A DNA stretch of 64,000 bases from Octopus vulgaris (Eukaryota): the NCBI GenBank assembly GCA_951406725.2, contig OX597814.1:192076001-192140000 (forward strand), in the 5' to 3' direction. Under the pieces are notes generated by a model. It ran no database searches and was not told where the DNA came from. It worked only from the letters and a program-made list of their open reading frames with translations. This document shows, piece by piece, positions 13,082-24,936 of this stretch. A program made the position numbers and the translations under genes. Position 1 is the stretch's first letter; every line of letters starts with the position of its first letter.

Positions 13082-13152
13082 ATGCAGCTGATGAAGACAA
13101 ATCAAATCTACATTGTCAAACGTATTTGAAAAGTCTGAAACCGGTCCTGCAT
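13082..13152 (+). ncRNA. Type I hammerhead ribozyme (intact core, extended helix II)
   Basis: ATGCAG-CTGATGA-AGAC[34 nt]GTCT-GAAAC-CG-GTC-CTGCAT. Helix I is 6 bp, helix II is AGAC/GUCU extended by UCAAAU/AUUUGA, and helix III is the palindrome ACCGGU. Confidence 0.87.
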
Positions 13153-13479
13153 TATCCGATTCTAGGTTTTCCATTTTTCAGATGTTCTTCCTAGAGGTAA
13201 GACAAGCTTTTTCATGTTTGTTGCACACACGTGTCTTTGCTAGTATATACTCAGTGAAACTATACAATAGCATCGTATTTATTACGATTGCTATTTTCCA
13301 GTAAATATCGGTGCCTTGTTGTACCATTTATTTACTCTTTGCCCCAGCATGGCCACAGCTCGTGAGCTGAAACTAGATAAAATAAAATTAAAAAAAATAT
13401 ATATATATAAAAGATATATATGTATATATATATATATATATATATTGGAAGGTTTGGAGATGATGTACAGGTATTATAT

Positions 13480-13749
13480 ATTAGAAGAAATGAGGTAATC
13501 AGAAGATCAGATGGTTTATATTTACAGATATTTATTTATATATTACATTTTTTACATATATATCATATCATTTAGATCATTAGCGCTTTCTCCCATTCTA
13601 GTGGGGTTTTTTGATTTGAAAACCCCACTAGAATGGGAGAAAGCGCTAATGATCTGAATGATATGATATATATGTAAAAAATGTAATATATAAATAAATA
13701 TCTGTAAATATAAACCATCTGATCTTCTGATTACTTCATTTCTTCTAAT
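13480..13749. repeat. Near-perfect palindrome (131-bp arms, 8-bp spacer) inside (TA)n
   Basis: 13480-13610 matches the reverse complement of 13619-13749 with about 2 mismatches by eye. Confidence 0.92.
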
Positions 13750-14075
13750 TTATATATATATATGATAGGCTTCTTTCATTTTCTGTATATCAAATCCACT
13801 CAGAAAGCTTTGGTAGGCCCGAGGCTATAATAGAAGACACTTGCCAAAGGTGCCACACCTTGGAACTGAAACCAGAACCATGTGCCATGTGGTTGGGAAG
13901 CAAACTTCTTACCACACAGCCACACAAAATCATACACACATGCACACACACACACACATGCACACACACACACACACACATATAAAGTCCAAATCTACAG
14001 AAAACAAAAGATGAAGGTAGGTATAGGAACAACAAGCAGGTATATTAGCTTGATGCTTGGGAAGAATGGAAAAGT

Positions 14076-14111
14076 CTTTTATGTTTCGAGCCTTTGCTCT
14101 TCAACAGAAAG
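14076..14111 (-). ncRNA. Decayed minimal hammerhead ribozyme
   Basis: The minus strand reads CTTT-CTGTTGA-A-GAGC-AAAG-GCTC-GAAAC-ATA-AAAG, with two core substitutions. Confidence 0.6.
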
Positions 14112-14228
14112 GATTAAGAGGAAGTAAAATGGACAGAGAATGAAAAAAATGGAGAGAGAAAAAATGTGCAGAGTTCAACGGTCTAACATGGCAAGATGAC
14201 TGGAAAAAAGAGGCTGAATGAAAGGGCG

Positions 14229-14292
<64 letters not shown>

Positions 14293-14329
14293 CAATAATA
14301 ATAATAATATTAATAAAAATAATAATAAT

Positions 14330-14536
14330 ACTCTCTATGTAATCCCAAGGTTTAAAACAAACTTTTTTTTTTAAATTTATGTTTTAGACATTCACTAGTA
14401 CAACACCAAAAAAAAAAAGAACCAAATATATGGCACACTAGGCATAACAACGTGAACTCCCAACCTGTTGTCTCTTGAGGTCTCTGGGTGAGACTTGGAG
14501 CCAACTTGTACAGACATAAAGCAAAAGTCAAACATA

Positions 14537-14540
<4 letters not shown>
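14330..14540 (+). mobile_element. Probable 3' end of a (TAA)n-targeting non-LTR element (R4/Dong-like?)
   Basis: Unique segment inserted between (AAT)n tracts, beginning ILSM*. The family assignment is inference. Confidence 0.35.
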
Positions 14541-14569
<29 letters not shown>

Positions 14570-14681
14570 TAACAACAATAATTATATTATCAGTAATGAT
14601 AATCTACTAACCTACCTACTAAGTTTAATGTCCGTGTATGTGTGAATGGGGGAAAGTGAGTATGTATTTACAGTTGAGTGT

Positions 14682-14733
<52 letters not shown>

Positions 14734-15511
14734 ATATGGACTGTGTATATGTGCGAGTATGCATATGGACATGTATATATTTGTGGGGCTAACATGTGTG
14801 TGTGTGTGTGTGTATTGTGTGTAGCAATTGATATGTGCTTGTTCAGTTGGTGTGTGGTGTGTCTGCTGAGGTGAACAGTGTGTGTGTGTGGCTCCTTATG
14901 CAGTGGTATGTGTGGTGACATTATTGAAGATTGTGTGTGGGTGTGTGTGCAATGGTGTGTGAATTGAGTTGAACACTGTGCCCAGGTGTTTGTATAGTGG
15001 TGTGCATGTGGTGAGGGTACTGAAATATGTGGTATGCAAGTGTGTAGGTGGAGGGAAGACCGTTGAATGTGGGAGGTGTGAGGGAATCCATGTGGGGTTT
15101 CTGTCAAGTGAAGAGAAGTTGTGTGTTGAGCCCATATGGCACAAAGGAATGAAGGGAGAAGATTAATTCCTGTTCACAGTGAAGGCAGAGTCCGGTTGGT
15201 GGAGCTGATATACATTTATGAATTTGTGTTGCAAAATTCCTGATGTGAAACCATGTGTTGAAACAGATATTGCTACATTTCAGGAAGGATATTTTGTTTG
15301 CCAAATAAACACACACACTATATATTCGGAAAGTGTAACTGAAGAGGTCACAGATGTGTGACGAAAGATTTCCAGGCAATAGACATGAGTTAAAATAAGA
15401 ACAGAAATAAATGAGTGAAGAATGAATATATAGTGTGTATGTTTGTTTGACAAAAAGAAAAGACTGTCCCAAAATATAACAATGTGTGTGTGTGTGTGTA
15501 TGTATATATGT

Positions 15512-15580
<69 letters not shown>

Positions 15581-15680
15581 TATATAGTTAATCAAACATG
15601 AACAAAGAGATAACACAACGCAAGGACGTGGAACAAGTATAGTGCTATTAGACACTCAGGAAAGGAAAGAAAGAAGGAGG

Positions 15681-15715
15681 ATTTAATGTTTGGAGCGGAA
15701 CTCTTCATCAGAAAC
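15681..15715 (-). ncRNA. Decayed minimal hammerhead ribozyme
   Basis: The minus strand reads GTTT-CTGATGA-A-GAGTTCCGCTC-CAAAC-ATT-AAAT. It lies between (TA)n tracts with the same layout as 14030-14230. Confidence 0.55.
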
Positions 15716-15853
15716 ATAGAAAAAGGAAAGGACCACGAAAGGGAAGATGGAGAAAGAAAATCGGTAACGATACACACATGGTCACATATTGAAATGACCG
15801 GAAGGGAATGGGTGAAGAAAAAGTTCTTTCAAAGACAGGAGAGTGCAAGAGAA

Positions 15854-15939
<86 letters not shown>

Positions 15940-16862
15940 ATGCAAACATAGTTGTATATACGTGTGATTATGTGTATGTATTGTAAATTTCACATATATG
16001 TGATATAAGTTCAGATTTCTTCTTCCCATGTAGATATCCTGCTGTTTGTAATAATTATAACGATATCATTCTCACATATTGGCAAACATGAAGCTGCAAT
16101 GAAGAATTTAAAATGTGTAAATACACCAGACACTAAAATACAGTTAACACAGCTGAAATTAAACAACCACTGTGAACACATACAATTTATTGTTTTATAT
16201 GCCACATGAAGTCTGCTGAGGGGCCAGAACCCAGGCATTTGTTCACTCACTACCCTTAGCAGCAAATGCTTTTCATCTCTGACCTATATGTGACTACTAA
16301 TCTGGACATCAGTGTCATCCTCCTAAACATGTTTCTCTACATTCTTATACAACCAAAACCTAGAAACTCAGCCTCTTCCACTACCAAGTGATTCATTCAC
16401 AGATGTTCTACAGCTGTACAATTAAATAATATCTCAATGATACCAACTAGAAGATGTTTGCTACTCTCCAAGATAAGTATCAGGGAACCTATGAATACAT
16501 TTGTTCCCTGCACAGCCTACAAAATCTTTCCCCTCCCAAATTACAACCACACTTTCTTGTTCTTTTCCAATAAGGTTTCTACTAATTTTGCAAAATCCTT
16601 CAACAGGTCATTCCACTACCAAAGAGGCCTTGTATATATCACTCCTCATTTTGTTTCTGACAAACTCTACTCTATATTCAGGGTCATTGAGAGCAATTTG
16701 GCAAAGTAGAACAAGATTGTTTTGGGGCCCAGGTCATGGGTGTCTCTCAAAATTCAAAGAGGTTGTGAACAGTTTGTTTATTTCTTTGTACTTATTCTGT
16801 TTTTATTTTTGATAGGCCCAACAAAGGGTCACTGGCCCCTCCTTGGCTCTTTGAATCTCACG

Positions 16863-17250
16863 TCATCATTGTTTAACATCCGCTTTCCATGCTAGCATGG
16901 GTTGGACAATTTGACTGAGGACTGGCGAACCAGATGGCTGCACCAGGCTCCAATTTTGATCTGGCAAAGTTTCTACAGCTGGATGCCCTTCCTAACGCCA
17001 ACCACTCCGAGAGTGTAGTGGGTGCTTTTACGTGCCACCGGCACGAAGGCCAGTCAGGCGGTACTGGCAACGTCCATGCCCAAATGGTGGGTTTTTTTTT
17101 TTTACATGCTATCTGCACACCGGCACAAGTGCCAGTAAGGCAACACTGGTAACAATCACACTAGAATGGTGCTTTTTACATGCCACCAGCATGGATGCCT
17201 ATTAGCCGCTCTGGCAACGATCATGCTCGGGTGGTGCTCTTAGTGCATTC
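16863..17250 (-). mobile_element. 3' UTR and tail of an RTE-like LINE (family D, (GAT)n tail)
   Basis: Contains GGTTGGCGTTAGGAAGGGCATCCAGCTGTAGAAAC and ends AAACRATGATGA. It is linked to ORF2 coding sequence at 54179-54496. Other copies lie at about 2876, 31480, 32420, 38635, 41778, 42605, 45185, 48170, 50000 and 51375. Confidence 0.8.
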
Positions 17251-17734
17251 ACTGAAATCCCTGCCCTCTTCTATTATAGGACCTGACTGAGTACACATAA
17301 CAAAGCTACTACTAAATTCTTCTCCTCTAGTTGTTTGACCACCAGGTACATGCAGTTACTCAGAGAAAAAGACATTTCTTATAATTAACCCAAGATGGCT
17401 AGTGTTCTTTCCATTAGCCTCAAACAGTCAAGAGGTATCTCATCTTCTCTTCAATCTTTCTCCCTTGCTTATTTGTTTCAGTCATTTGACTGTGGCCATG
17501 TTGGAGCACCACCTTTAGTTGAACAAATCAACCCCAAGACTTAAGGACTTATTCTATTGGTCTCTTTTGCTGAACTGCTAAGTTACAAGGACATACACAC
17601 ACCAACATTGGTTGTCAAGCAATGTCGAGGGAACAAACACAGACACAAATGCGTGCGCGCACACAAACACACACATATGCTAATAATATAGCATGAACAG
17701 GATAAACTACCCATATTTTGCAGAAAAATGTCGG

Positions 17735-17810
17735 TGGCCAGCTATGAGGCTCAAACTCACACCCCTGTGATTACACATCACAGTGCTCTACCTTTAAGCT
17801 AATCTGCCCC
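17735..17810 (-). pseudogene. tRNA-derived (Thr-like) pseudogene or SINE head
   Basis: GGCAGATTAGCTTAAAGGTAGAGCACTGTGATGTGTAATCACAGGGGTGTGAGTTTGAGCCTCATAGCTGGCCA followed by T5. The acceptor stem pairs at only 5 of 7 positions. Confidence 0.5.
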
Positions 17811-17955
17811 AACAACAAATTCTTCTGCAAATTTAGGATATATACATCTCACTTTATATATCAACTGTTGCAGAGAGAGAAAGAGAGAGTAGCGTAAGAA
17901 AGAGACAGTGTGTATGTGTATGTGTATGTCTGTGTGAAAAAGAAAGAAAGAGAGA

Positions 17956-18007
<52 letters not shown>

Positions 18008-18342
18008 TATATTCTTTTATTCTTGTGTAGGTGCGTGGCTTAGTGGTTAGGGCATTCAGCTCACGATTGTAAGGTTGTGAGTCCAATTCCCGGTGACGCA
18101 TTGTGTCCTTGAGCAAGGCACTTTATTTCACATTGCTCCAGTCCACTCAGCTGGCAAAAATGAGTTGAACCTGTATTTCAAAGGGCCAGCTTTGTCACAC
18201 TCTGTGTCACGCTGAACCTCCCTGAGAACTATGTGTCTGTGGATTGCTCAGTTACTTGCACGTTAATTTCATGAGCAAGCTGTTCCGTTGATCGTATCAG
18301 CTGGGACCTCATTGTCATAACCGACAGAGTGCTCCTTTATAT

Positions 18343-18435
<93 letters not shown>

Positions 18436-18439
18436 GGGG

Positions 18440-18735
18440 GGGCGCAATGGCCCAGTGGTTAGGGTAGCGGACTCGCGGTCGTAGGATCGCAGTTTCGATT
18501 CCCAGACCGGGTGTGTGAGTGTTTATTGACCGAAAACGCCTAAAGCTCCACAAAACTCCAGCAGGGGGTGGTGGTGATCCCTGCTGTACTCTTTCGCCAC
18601 AACTTTCTCTCACTCTTTCTTCTGTTGGCCTGCTTGCTTAGCCAGCGGGGTGGCGTCATTTGAAGGCTAAAATAATGCGAAACGCATTGTGACCAGTGAT
18701 GTGTAGCAACATCTGATAGCCTGGTCGGTCACGGT
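18440..18735 (+). mobile_element. tRNA-derived SINE (GGGCGCAATGGCCCAGTGGTTAG head)
   Basis: Box A and box B motifs. A related copy lies at about 52160-52470. Confidence 0.75.
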
Positions 18736-18748
18736 GATATATATATGT

Positions 18749-18789
<41 letters not shown>

Positions 18790-21214
18790 CTTTTGTGCAT
18801 GTTTTTGTGTAGTGTTTGTCTACTACCACCACTTGGCGACTGGTATTGCATCGTTTATGCGTCTCTGTAACTTAGCAGTTGGACAAAAGATGCTGCCTAA
18901 GCATGGCGCTGCAGTATAATGACTGAAACAACTAAAAACTAAAAGGTTGTACTTTGGTTTAAAGAAAAATCCTAACCCCTCTAACTTATACCTAGTGCTC
19001 CTTTTAATGCTGCTTCTGATTCTGCAATACACCTAAGGGGGTGCTACCTCCCAGGTTATGAGCCATGGATTCATCCCAATCTCTAGAAACATGTTGAAGT
19101 TGTTAGATTCCAAGCAAAGAGTAATCTCTCTCAGAATCTGCTATTTACAATCCTTTCATCCTTGTTTTCTATATATTAAAGGAGTTATAAATAACCACCC
19201 CCTTTATCTCCTGGGTCTCTTATCTCTTTCAAACTACACCTTATAATCTTTAAAAGAAAGGAGATATACATACATCAGTTAATGTAGTCCAGGGACAGAG
19301 GCATAGCAGAAAAAGGGGTGGGAATGCATGCAAAATTTCTTCTTTATCATGCCTGTTAATTAAGGTGGGTATGTAGTGGGTGAGTGTGTGCCAAATTTGC
19401 CTTTGCCTTTGGACCCTGAGAACTTTTGCTATGCCTTTGTCTAGGGTTTACTTTGATTATAGGTCAAATCAAATCAAGGTTGACCTGTTTCTTAACAACA
19501 ATATGAGTATTTCTGTGTGTATGTGTGGGCGTGTGTGTGTGTGTCTGTACATGCATGTGTGTGTGTTCAAACAATTCCTCTTTCTCATTGGAAAACTAAG
19601 CAGCCAAAATTAAGTTTGCATTCTTCATCTCAAACTAAAGCTTCCATTATCAATAAAAATATAAAAATGGAGTAGTCTGCTATGACACCCAAGAGAAATT
19701 CTTCATTTTAAATAATAACAAAAAATACCAAATCAATTTTTTTTATCTCATTAATTTCAAATCTAGAGACTTGGATGGAAGGAAATAAGTTTGTAGGTAC
19801 TCATGATAAAATCTCTAAAGTTATTTCTGATAAATAGTATTTTATGATTGAAATTTCTCATTATGTATCTAAATACAAGGTCAATAATGTTAAGGCATTA
19901 GACAAAATGCCTTGCAGTACTGTACTGTATGTACTGAATGTTCTGTGTTCAAATCTTACCAAAGTGAACTTTTGCTTTCATCCTTCTAAGGTTGATAATG
20001 TAAAGTACCAATCAAATACTAGTTTATTGTCATTGAACCAGTATTGAAATTTGGGAGAAGTTGGTCATTGTTATTGACCAACATTTTCTCTCAAATTTCT
20101 GGCCTTATGCTAGTACTACTTGGCTAAATATATTTAGCTACATACAGACAAAAGAACACTTGTAGTAAATGTAAATAACATTGTATAAACCATTTTCATT
20201 TTACATTAATAGAGCACAAATCATATCAATTTATATTAAGTATAGAAAAAAGGCCTAGCTTTTCAAAATATTAGTAAATTCTTGGTCCCATATAATTTTT
20301 AAAAATATACAAGACCTTGGTCCCATGCAATTATTACACTAGTCTGCAAGGTTTTTGGTGTTTAGGAAATACAGGGTTGGACAAAATAATGGAAACACCA
20401 TAAGATTTCAAACAAATTTATTTTGATATGGGGTAGGATTGCCTTTGGCAGTAATTACAGCTTGAATACTATGAGGTATGGACTTGTATAAAGTTTGAAT
20501 TGTTTCCAAAGGAATTTTTGTCCATTCTTCAGCTAAAACAGTCTCCAGTTCTTGTAGTGATGATGGTGGAAGATATCAACACCTTACTTGTTTTTCTAAA
20601 ATGCACCATAAATATTCAATAATATTGAGATCTGGGGACTGCGGTGGCCAGATAAAATGTTCAACTTCGCTAGAATGTTCCTCGTGCCATTCAGTAACAT
20701 CTTCAGCTGTGTGAATTGGTGCATTATCATCCTGAAAGATTGCGTTCCTCTCTGGAAACAGTTCTGCAACCATAGGATGAATTTGATCAAATAAAATGCT
20801 TAAATAGTTTTGATTATTAATTCTGCCATGAAGGGAAACCATTGGGTTGGCAGATTTCTAAGATATAGCCTCCCAGATCCTGCTCCATGTTTAACAGTTG
20901 GAAGAAGGCAGTCTGGGTCAAATGCTTCTTTTAGCTGTCTCCACATGTATACTCGGCTGGTGGTTGTAAATAAGATGAAGAATGACTCGTTCGAGAAAAT
21001 AACATTTTTCTACTACTCTGGATCAATTCTGTAGCTTTTTACTCCAATCTAAATGCTTTGCAACATTTGTTTTTGAAAGTAGTGGTTTTCTGATTGCAGC
21101 CCTCCCATGAAATCCAGCTTTGTGCAGCTCCCAGGGAACAGTTTGAATGAAAACTGGGTTTCCGAGGTGGTCATTAAGCTCTGCAGTAATTTTGGAAGCT
21201 GTACTTTTGTGATC

Positions 21215-23601
21215 AGTAGCTGCCCAACCTCCTCTTTTGCCCTCAGTAGCTGCCCAACCTCCTCTGCTGAAAGTAGGTGGGACTATATCAGGGAAGCCTT
21301 GTATACGACATCATTGGATACTTTCGGCATGAGAGAAAGGCAAAACCCAGATTGGTTCAATGCTGGGCTCTCAGAGCTGGAGCCAGTTATCGGAGCAAAG
21401 CGTGCAGCTCTGGTGCAATACAAGAGTGACTCTTCTACAAAGTCACTCGAAGAACTCAGAAAGGCACGAAATAAAACCCAACTGACAGCCAGACGCTGTG
21501 CAAATAGGTATTGACAGGAAATCTGTCAGAGTATCCAGTCAGCTGCTGACAGGAGCGACACCCATGGGATGTATGCCGGTTTGAAGAAGGCCCTCGGTCC
21601 ATCCGCAACCAAGTCAGCCCCTCTGAAATCAACTACTGGAGATCTCATCAGGGATCAAGGCAAGCAAATGGATAGATGGGTGGAGCACTACCAGGATCTC
21701 TACTCACAGGAGACCACAGTGGCTGAGGCTGCAGTCGAGAGTGTCAAGATCTTGCCAGTCATGTGCGAACTTGACAGTCCGCCATCTATAGCAGAGCTCA
21801 CCAAGGCTGTTGACTCCCTAGCAAGAAATAAGGCTCCGGGAAAAGATGGCATCCCCTCAGAGATCATCAAAGCCGGCAAAAAACACCATCCTGCTTCAGG
21901 AGCTTCATGAGCTTCTGTGTCAGTGCTGGGAAGAGGGTACAGTCCCTCAGGATATGCGGGATGCTAACATCATTATGCTTTACAAAAACAAAGGTGACCG
22001 TGGTGATTGTAACAATTACCGTGGTATATCCCTTCTAAGCACTGTTGGAAAGACCTTTGCCCGCATTATCCTGGCCAGACTACAACTACTTGCTTCTCAA
22101 AATCTATCCGGAATCGCAGTGTGGCTTTAGAAGAAGCAGATCAACTATCGATATGATATTCTCCATACGCCAACTTCAGGAGTAGTCCAGAGAGCAGAAA
22201 ATGCCATTATATATGGCCTTCATTGATCTAACAAAGGCTTTTGACTCGGTAAGCAGAACAGGCCTCTCCATCCTGCTCCAAAAAATCGGATGTCCACCAA
22301 AGCTGCTGAGGATCATCAAGTCTTTCCATGATGACATGCAAGGCACCATACAGCACAACGGTTCAACATCAGCCGCCTTCCAAATAAAAAACGGGGTAAA
22401 GCAAGGCTGTGTCCTCACTCCTACATTGTTTGGCATCTTCTTCTTGCTCTTACTTTCACATGCCTTTCAGACATCAGATGATGGAGTGTTTCTGCACAGT
22501 AGAAGTGACAGGAAACTGTTCAATCTCTTGCGCCTGCGTGCCAAGACCAAAATCAGAAACGTCCTGATCAAGGAGATGTTATTTGCTGATGATGCCGCTC
22601 TGGTAACACACACAGAAGAAGCCCTCCAAAGGCTCATTAACTGTTTTGAGCAAGCATGTAACGACTTTGGCTTAGCTATCAGCCTTAAGAAGACCAACAT
22701 CATGGGCCAGGCTACATCGGACATCCCAAACATACATATTGGAGACCACAGATTACAAGAGGTGGAGAAGTTTACCTATCTGGGCTCTACTGTCACCTAC
22801 AACCTATCCCTTGACGCTGAGCTCAATATACACATTGGCAAGGCAGCTGCTGCGATGGCCCAACTCTCCAAATGGGCTTGGGACAACAATAAGCTGACCA
22901 AGACCACGAAAATGAAGATCTACCAGGCATGTGTACTCAGCACTCTACTGTATGGAAGTGAGACCTGGACGCTATACACACGCCAAGAGCGTCATCTAAA
23001 CATCTTTCACCTGCGCTGCCTCCGAAAAATCCTCCGCATCAAATGGCAGAATCATATCCCCAACAAAGATGTCCTCAGGCAAGCAGGAATACCAAGCATG
23101 TTTGCACTCCTCACACAAAGACGTATGAGATGGCTAGGGCATGTTAGCCGTATGAAAGATGGCAGAATCCCCAAGGACATACTCTACGGAGAGCTTGCTA
23201 GGGGTACTAGGTCTGTGGGTAGACTGATCTTACGTTACAAGGATGTTTGCAAAAGGGACATGAAGGCCTGCAACATCAATATTAGCGGTTGGGAGGCAGT
23301 TGCCGGCAACCATGGAGAATGGCGATGTGCCGTAAAAGAGGGAATACAAAGGAGTGACAGAGAGAGAGAGGAGAAATGGAAAGAAAGGAAGAGACGTAAA
23401 CAAGAGACTATGGCACTACAACCAACCAGGAACAGTCTTCGCTACATTTGCGGTACCTGCCAGAGGGAGTGTTTGTCCAGGATAGGACTACACAGCCACA
23501 GCAGGAAATGTATCAGGACATGAAATATAAAAGCCGGACTAGACTACTTCATGCGCAACTCCATTGTCTCCCGAGACAGAAAGGATGCCAATACAATACA
23601 A
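21215..23601 (+). mobile_element. RTE-clade (BovB-like) LINE, 5'-truncated
   Basis: 13-bp TSD TACTTTTGTGATC (21202-21214 and 23602-23614), a (CAATA)n tail, and RT motifs. Confidence 0.95.
21245..23523 (+). pseudogene. RTE ORF2 reverse transcriptase (stops and frameshifts in the 5' half; 440-aa open 3' part at 22201-23523)
   Basis: Motifs KAPGKDGI, NNYRGISLLS, FIDLTKAFDSV, GVKQGCVL, LFADD, FTYLGS, LLYGSETW and RWLGHV, plus the C-terminal CxxC...HxxxC. Confidence 0.95.
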
Positions 23602-24342
23602 TACTTTTGTGATCCTTTATAACAATTCACATAAGAGTTCGATGGTCCCTATCTGATAGTTTTGGTTTTCTTCCAGTTTTGTTTTGATGAGAATGTTTTT
23701 CCCTCTTTCTTAAAGGCTGTCATTACTTTTGAGACAGTACTTCTTGATACACCTAACATTTTGGCTGTTTTTGTTATGCTAGCGCCTACCATACGAGCAT
23801 CAACAATTTGACCTCTTTGAAAGTTTGATAGATCTGTCATTTTCATGAATTTTAATTACTTTTTTCTGATGATATCTGAAAAGAAACAGCAATTTTAGCA
23901 AAGCATATTAAGCAACACTAATAATAAATCAAGAAACATAAAAATAAACAAGCTTTTGACAGTTTTATAGATATTTCAACATTATGATGCTATGATGCTT
24001 GGTGTTTCCATTATTTTGTCCAATCCCTGTAGAATCCAAATATAACTTTCCTTTTGACCTATCAGATCTAGTTTTTAAGTTATTGAACATGCCTATAGTC
24101 ACTATGTATGTGTGTATGTCCAGTACGCAGTGTTCGTTACCTTATTCAAATTCTAAGTTTTTTTCATTTTTCCATACTTTTTAGATTTTCTGGTGAACTA
24201 AGCAATAGAAAACGAGCAAAATGTCCTCTTCAAGAAAATGTTGCCCTAATTCTCCAAATATTACAGTTCTATATTTAAGAGATGAGGAATTACATACATT
24301 ATTTACATTTGACGGATATTTGTCCTCATCTTGTTTGTTGTT

Positions 24343-24388
24343 AACACAACATTTCGCCTGATTTACCCTCCAGCCTTCATCAGGTGTC
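24343..24388 (-). ncRNA. Minimal type I hammerhead ribozyme (slightly decayed)
   Basis: GACAC-CTGATGA-A-GGCTG..CAGGC-GAAAT-GTT-GTGTT. Confidence 0.7.
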
Positions 24389-24687
24389 TTGGGGAAATTT
24401 TGAACCCGGATTCTCATTCCTAAGGTATTTTTTAATATTGTTGGTGTTGTTGTTGTTATTATTATTATTATTATTTTCTTCTTTCTTCAATTTTCTTCTG
24501 TTCCTCACCGAGTGTTTTCTGTACACCTAGGGCAGAGAAGCTCATTGTATGCATTCCCAGATTACACATGCAAATTCACAGGTAAGATATGTATTTAAAA
24601 AATTCATAAATAAATATATTCATGAATGGATGTTGTTTTCACAGTGATAATGCTCTTCTCAGTACATGAGCCATTCCATTATTATTA

Positions 24688-24729
<42 letters not shown>

Positions 24730-24893
24730 TTATTCAGGTCACAACCTGAAATTGAACTCAGAATCTTGGGGTTAGTGGCTCATGCTCTTAATGGGGGGCT
24801 ACTAACCCCAAGATTCCAAGCAGTGACCTGAATAATAATAATAACATCGAAAAATACCTTAGGAATGAGAACTCAGGTTCGAAATTTCCCCAA

Positions 24894-24936
24894 GACACCT
24901 GATGAAGGCTGGAGGGTATATCAGGTGAAACGTGTT
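24894..24936 (+). ncRNA. Minimal hammerhead ribozyme lacking the cleavage triplet
   Basis: GACAC-CTGATGA-A-GGCTG..CAGGT-GAAAC-GTGTT, with GTT deleted relative to the other copy. Confidence 0.6.

Larger units (their letters stand above)
20372..24029 (-). mobile_element. Tc1-family DNA transposon (DD36E spacing), interrupted by an RTE
   Basis: About 29-bp TIRs CAGGG(A)TTGGACAAAATAATGGAAACACCA with a TA TSD. The HTH N-terminus is at 23649-23846, and FQDDNAPIH...WPPQSPDLNIIE is at 20576-20842. Confidence 0.93.

Noticed and set aside
16280-16710. 90-103 aa ORFs in unique-looking sequence
   Set aside because: No recognisable motif or splice support. It may be an old LINE relic but cannot be supported.
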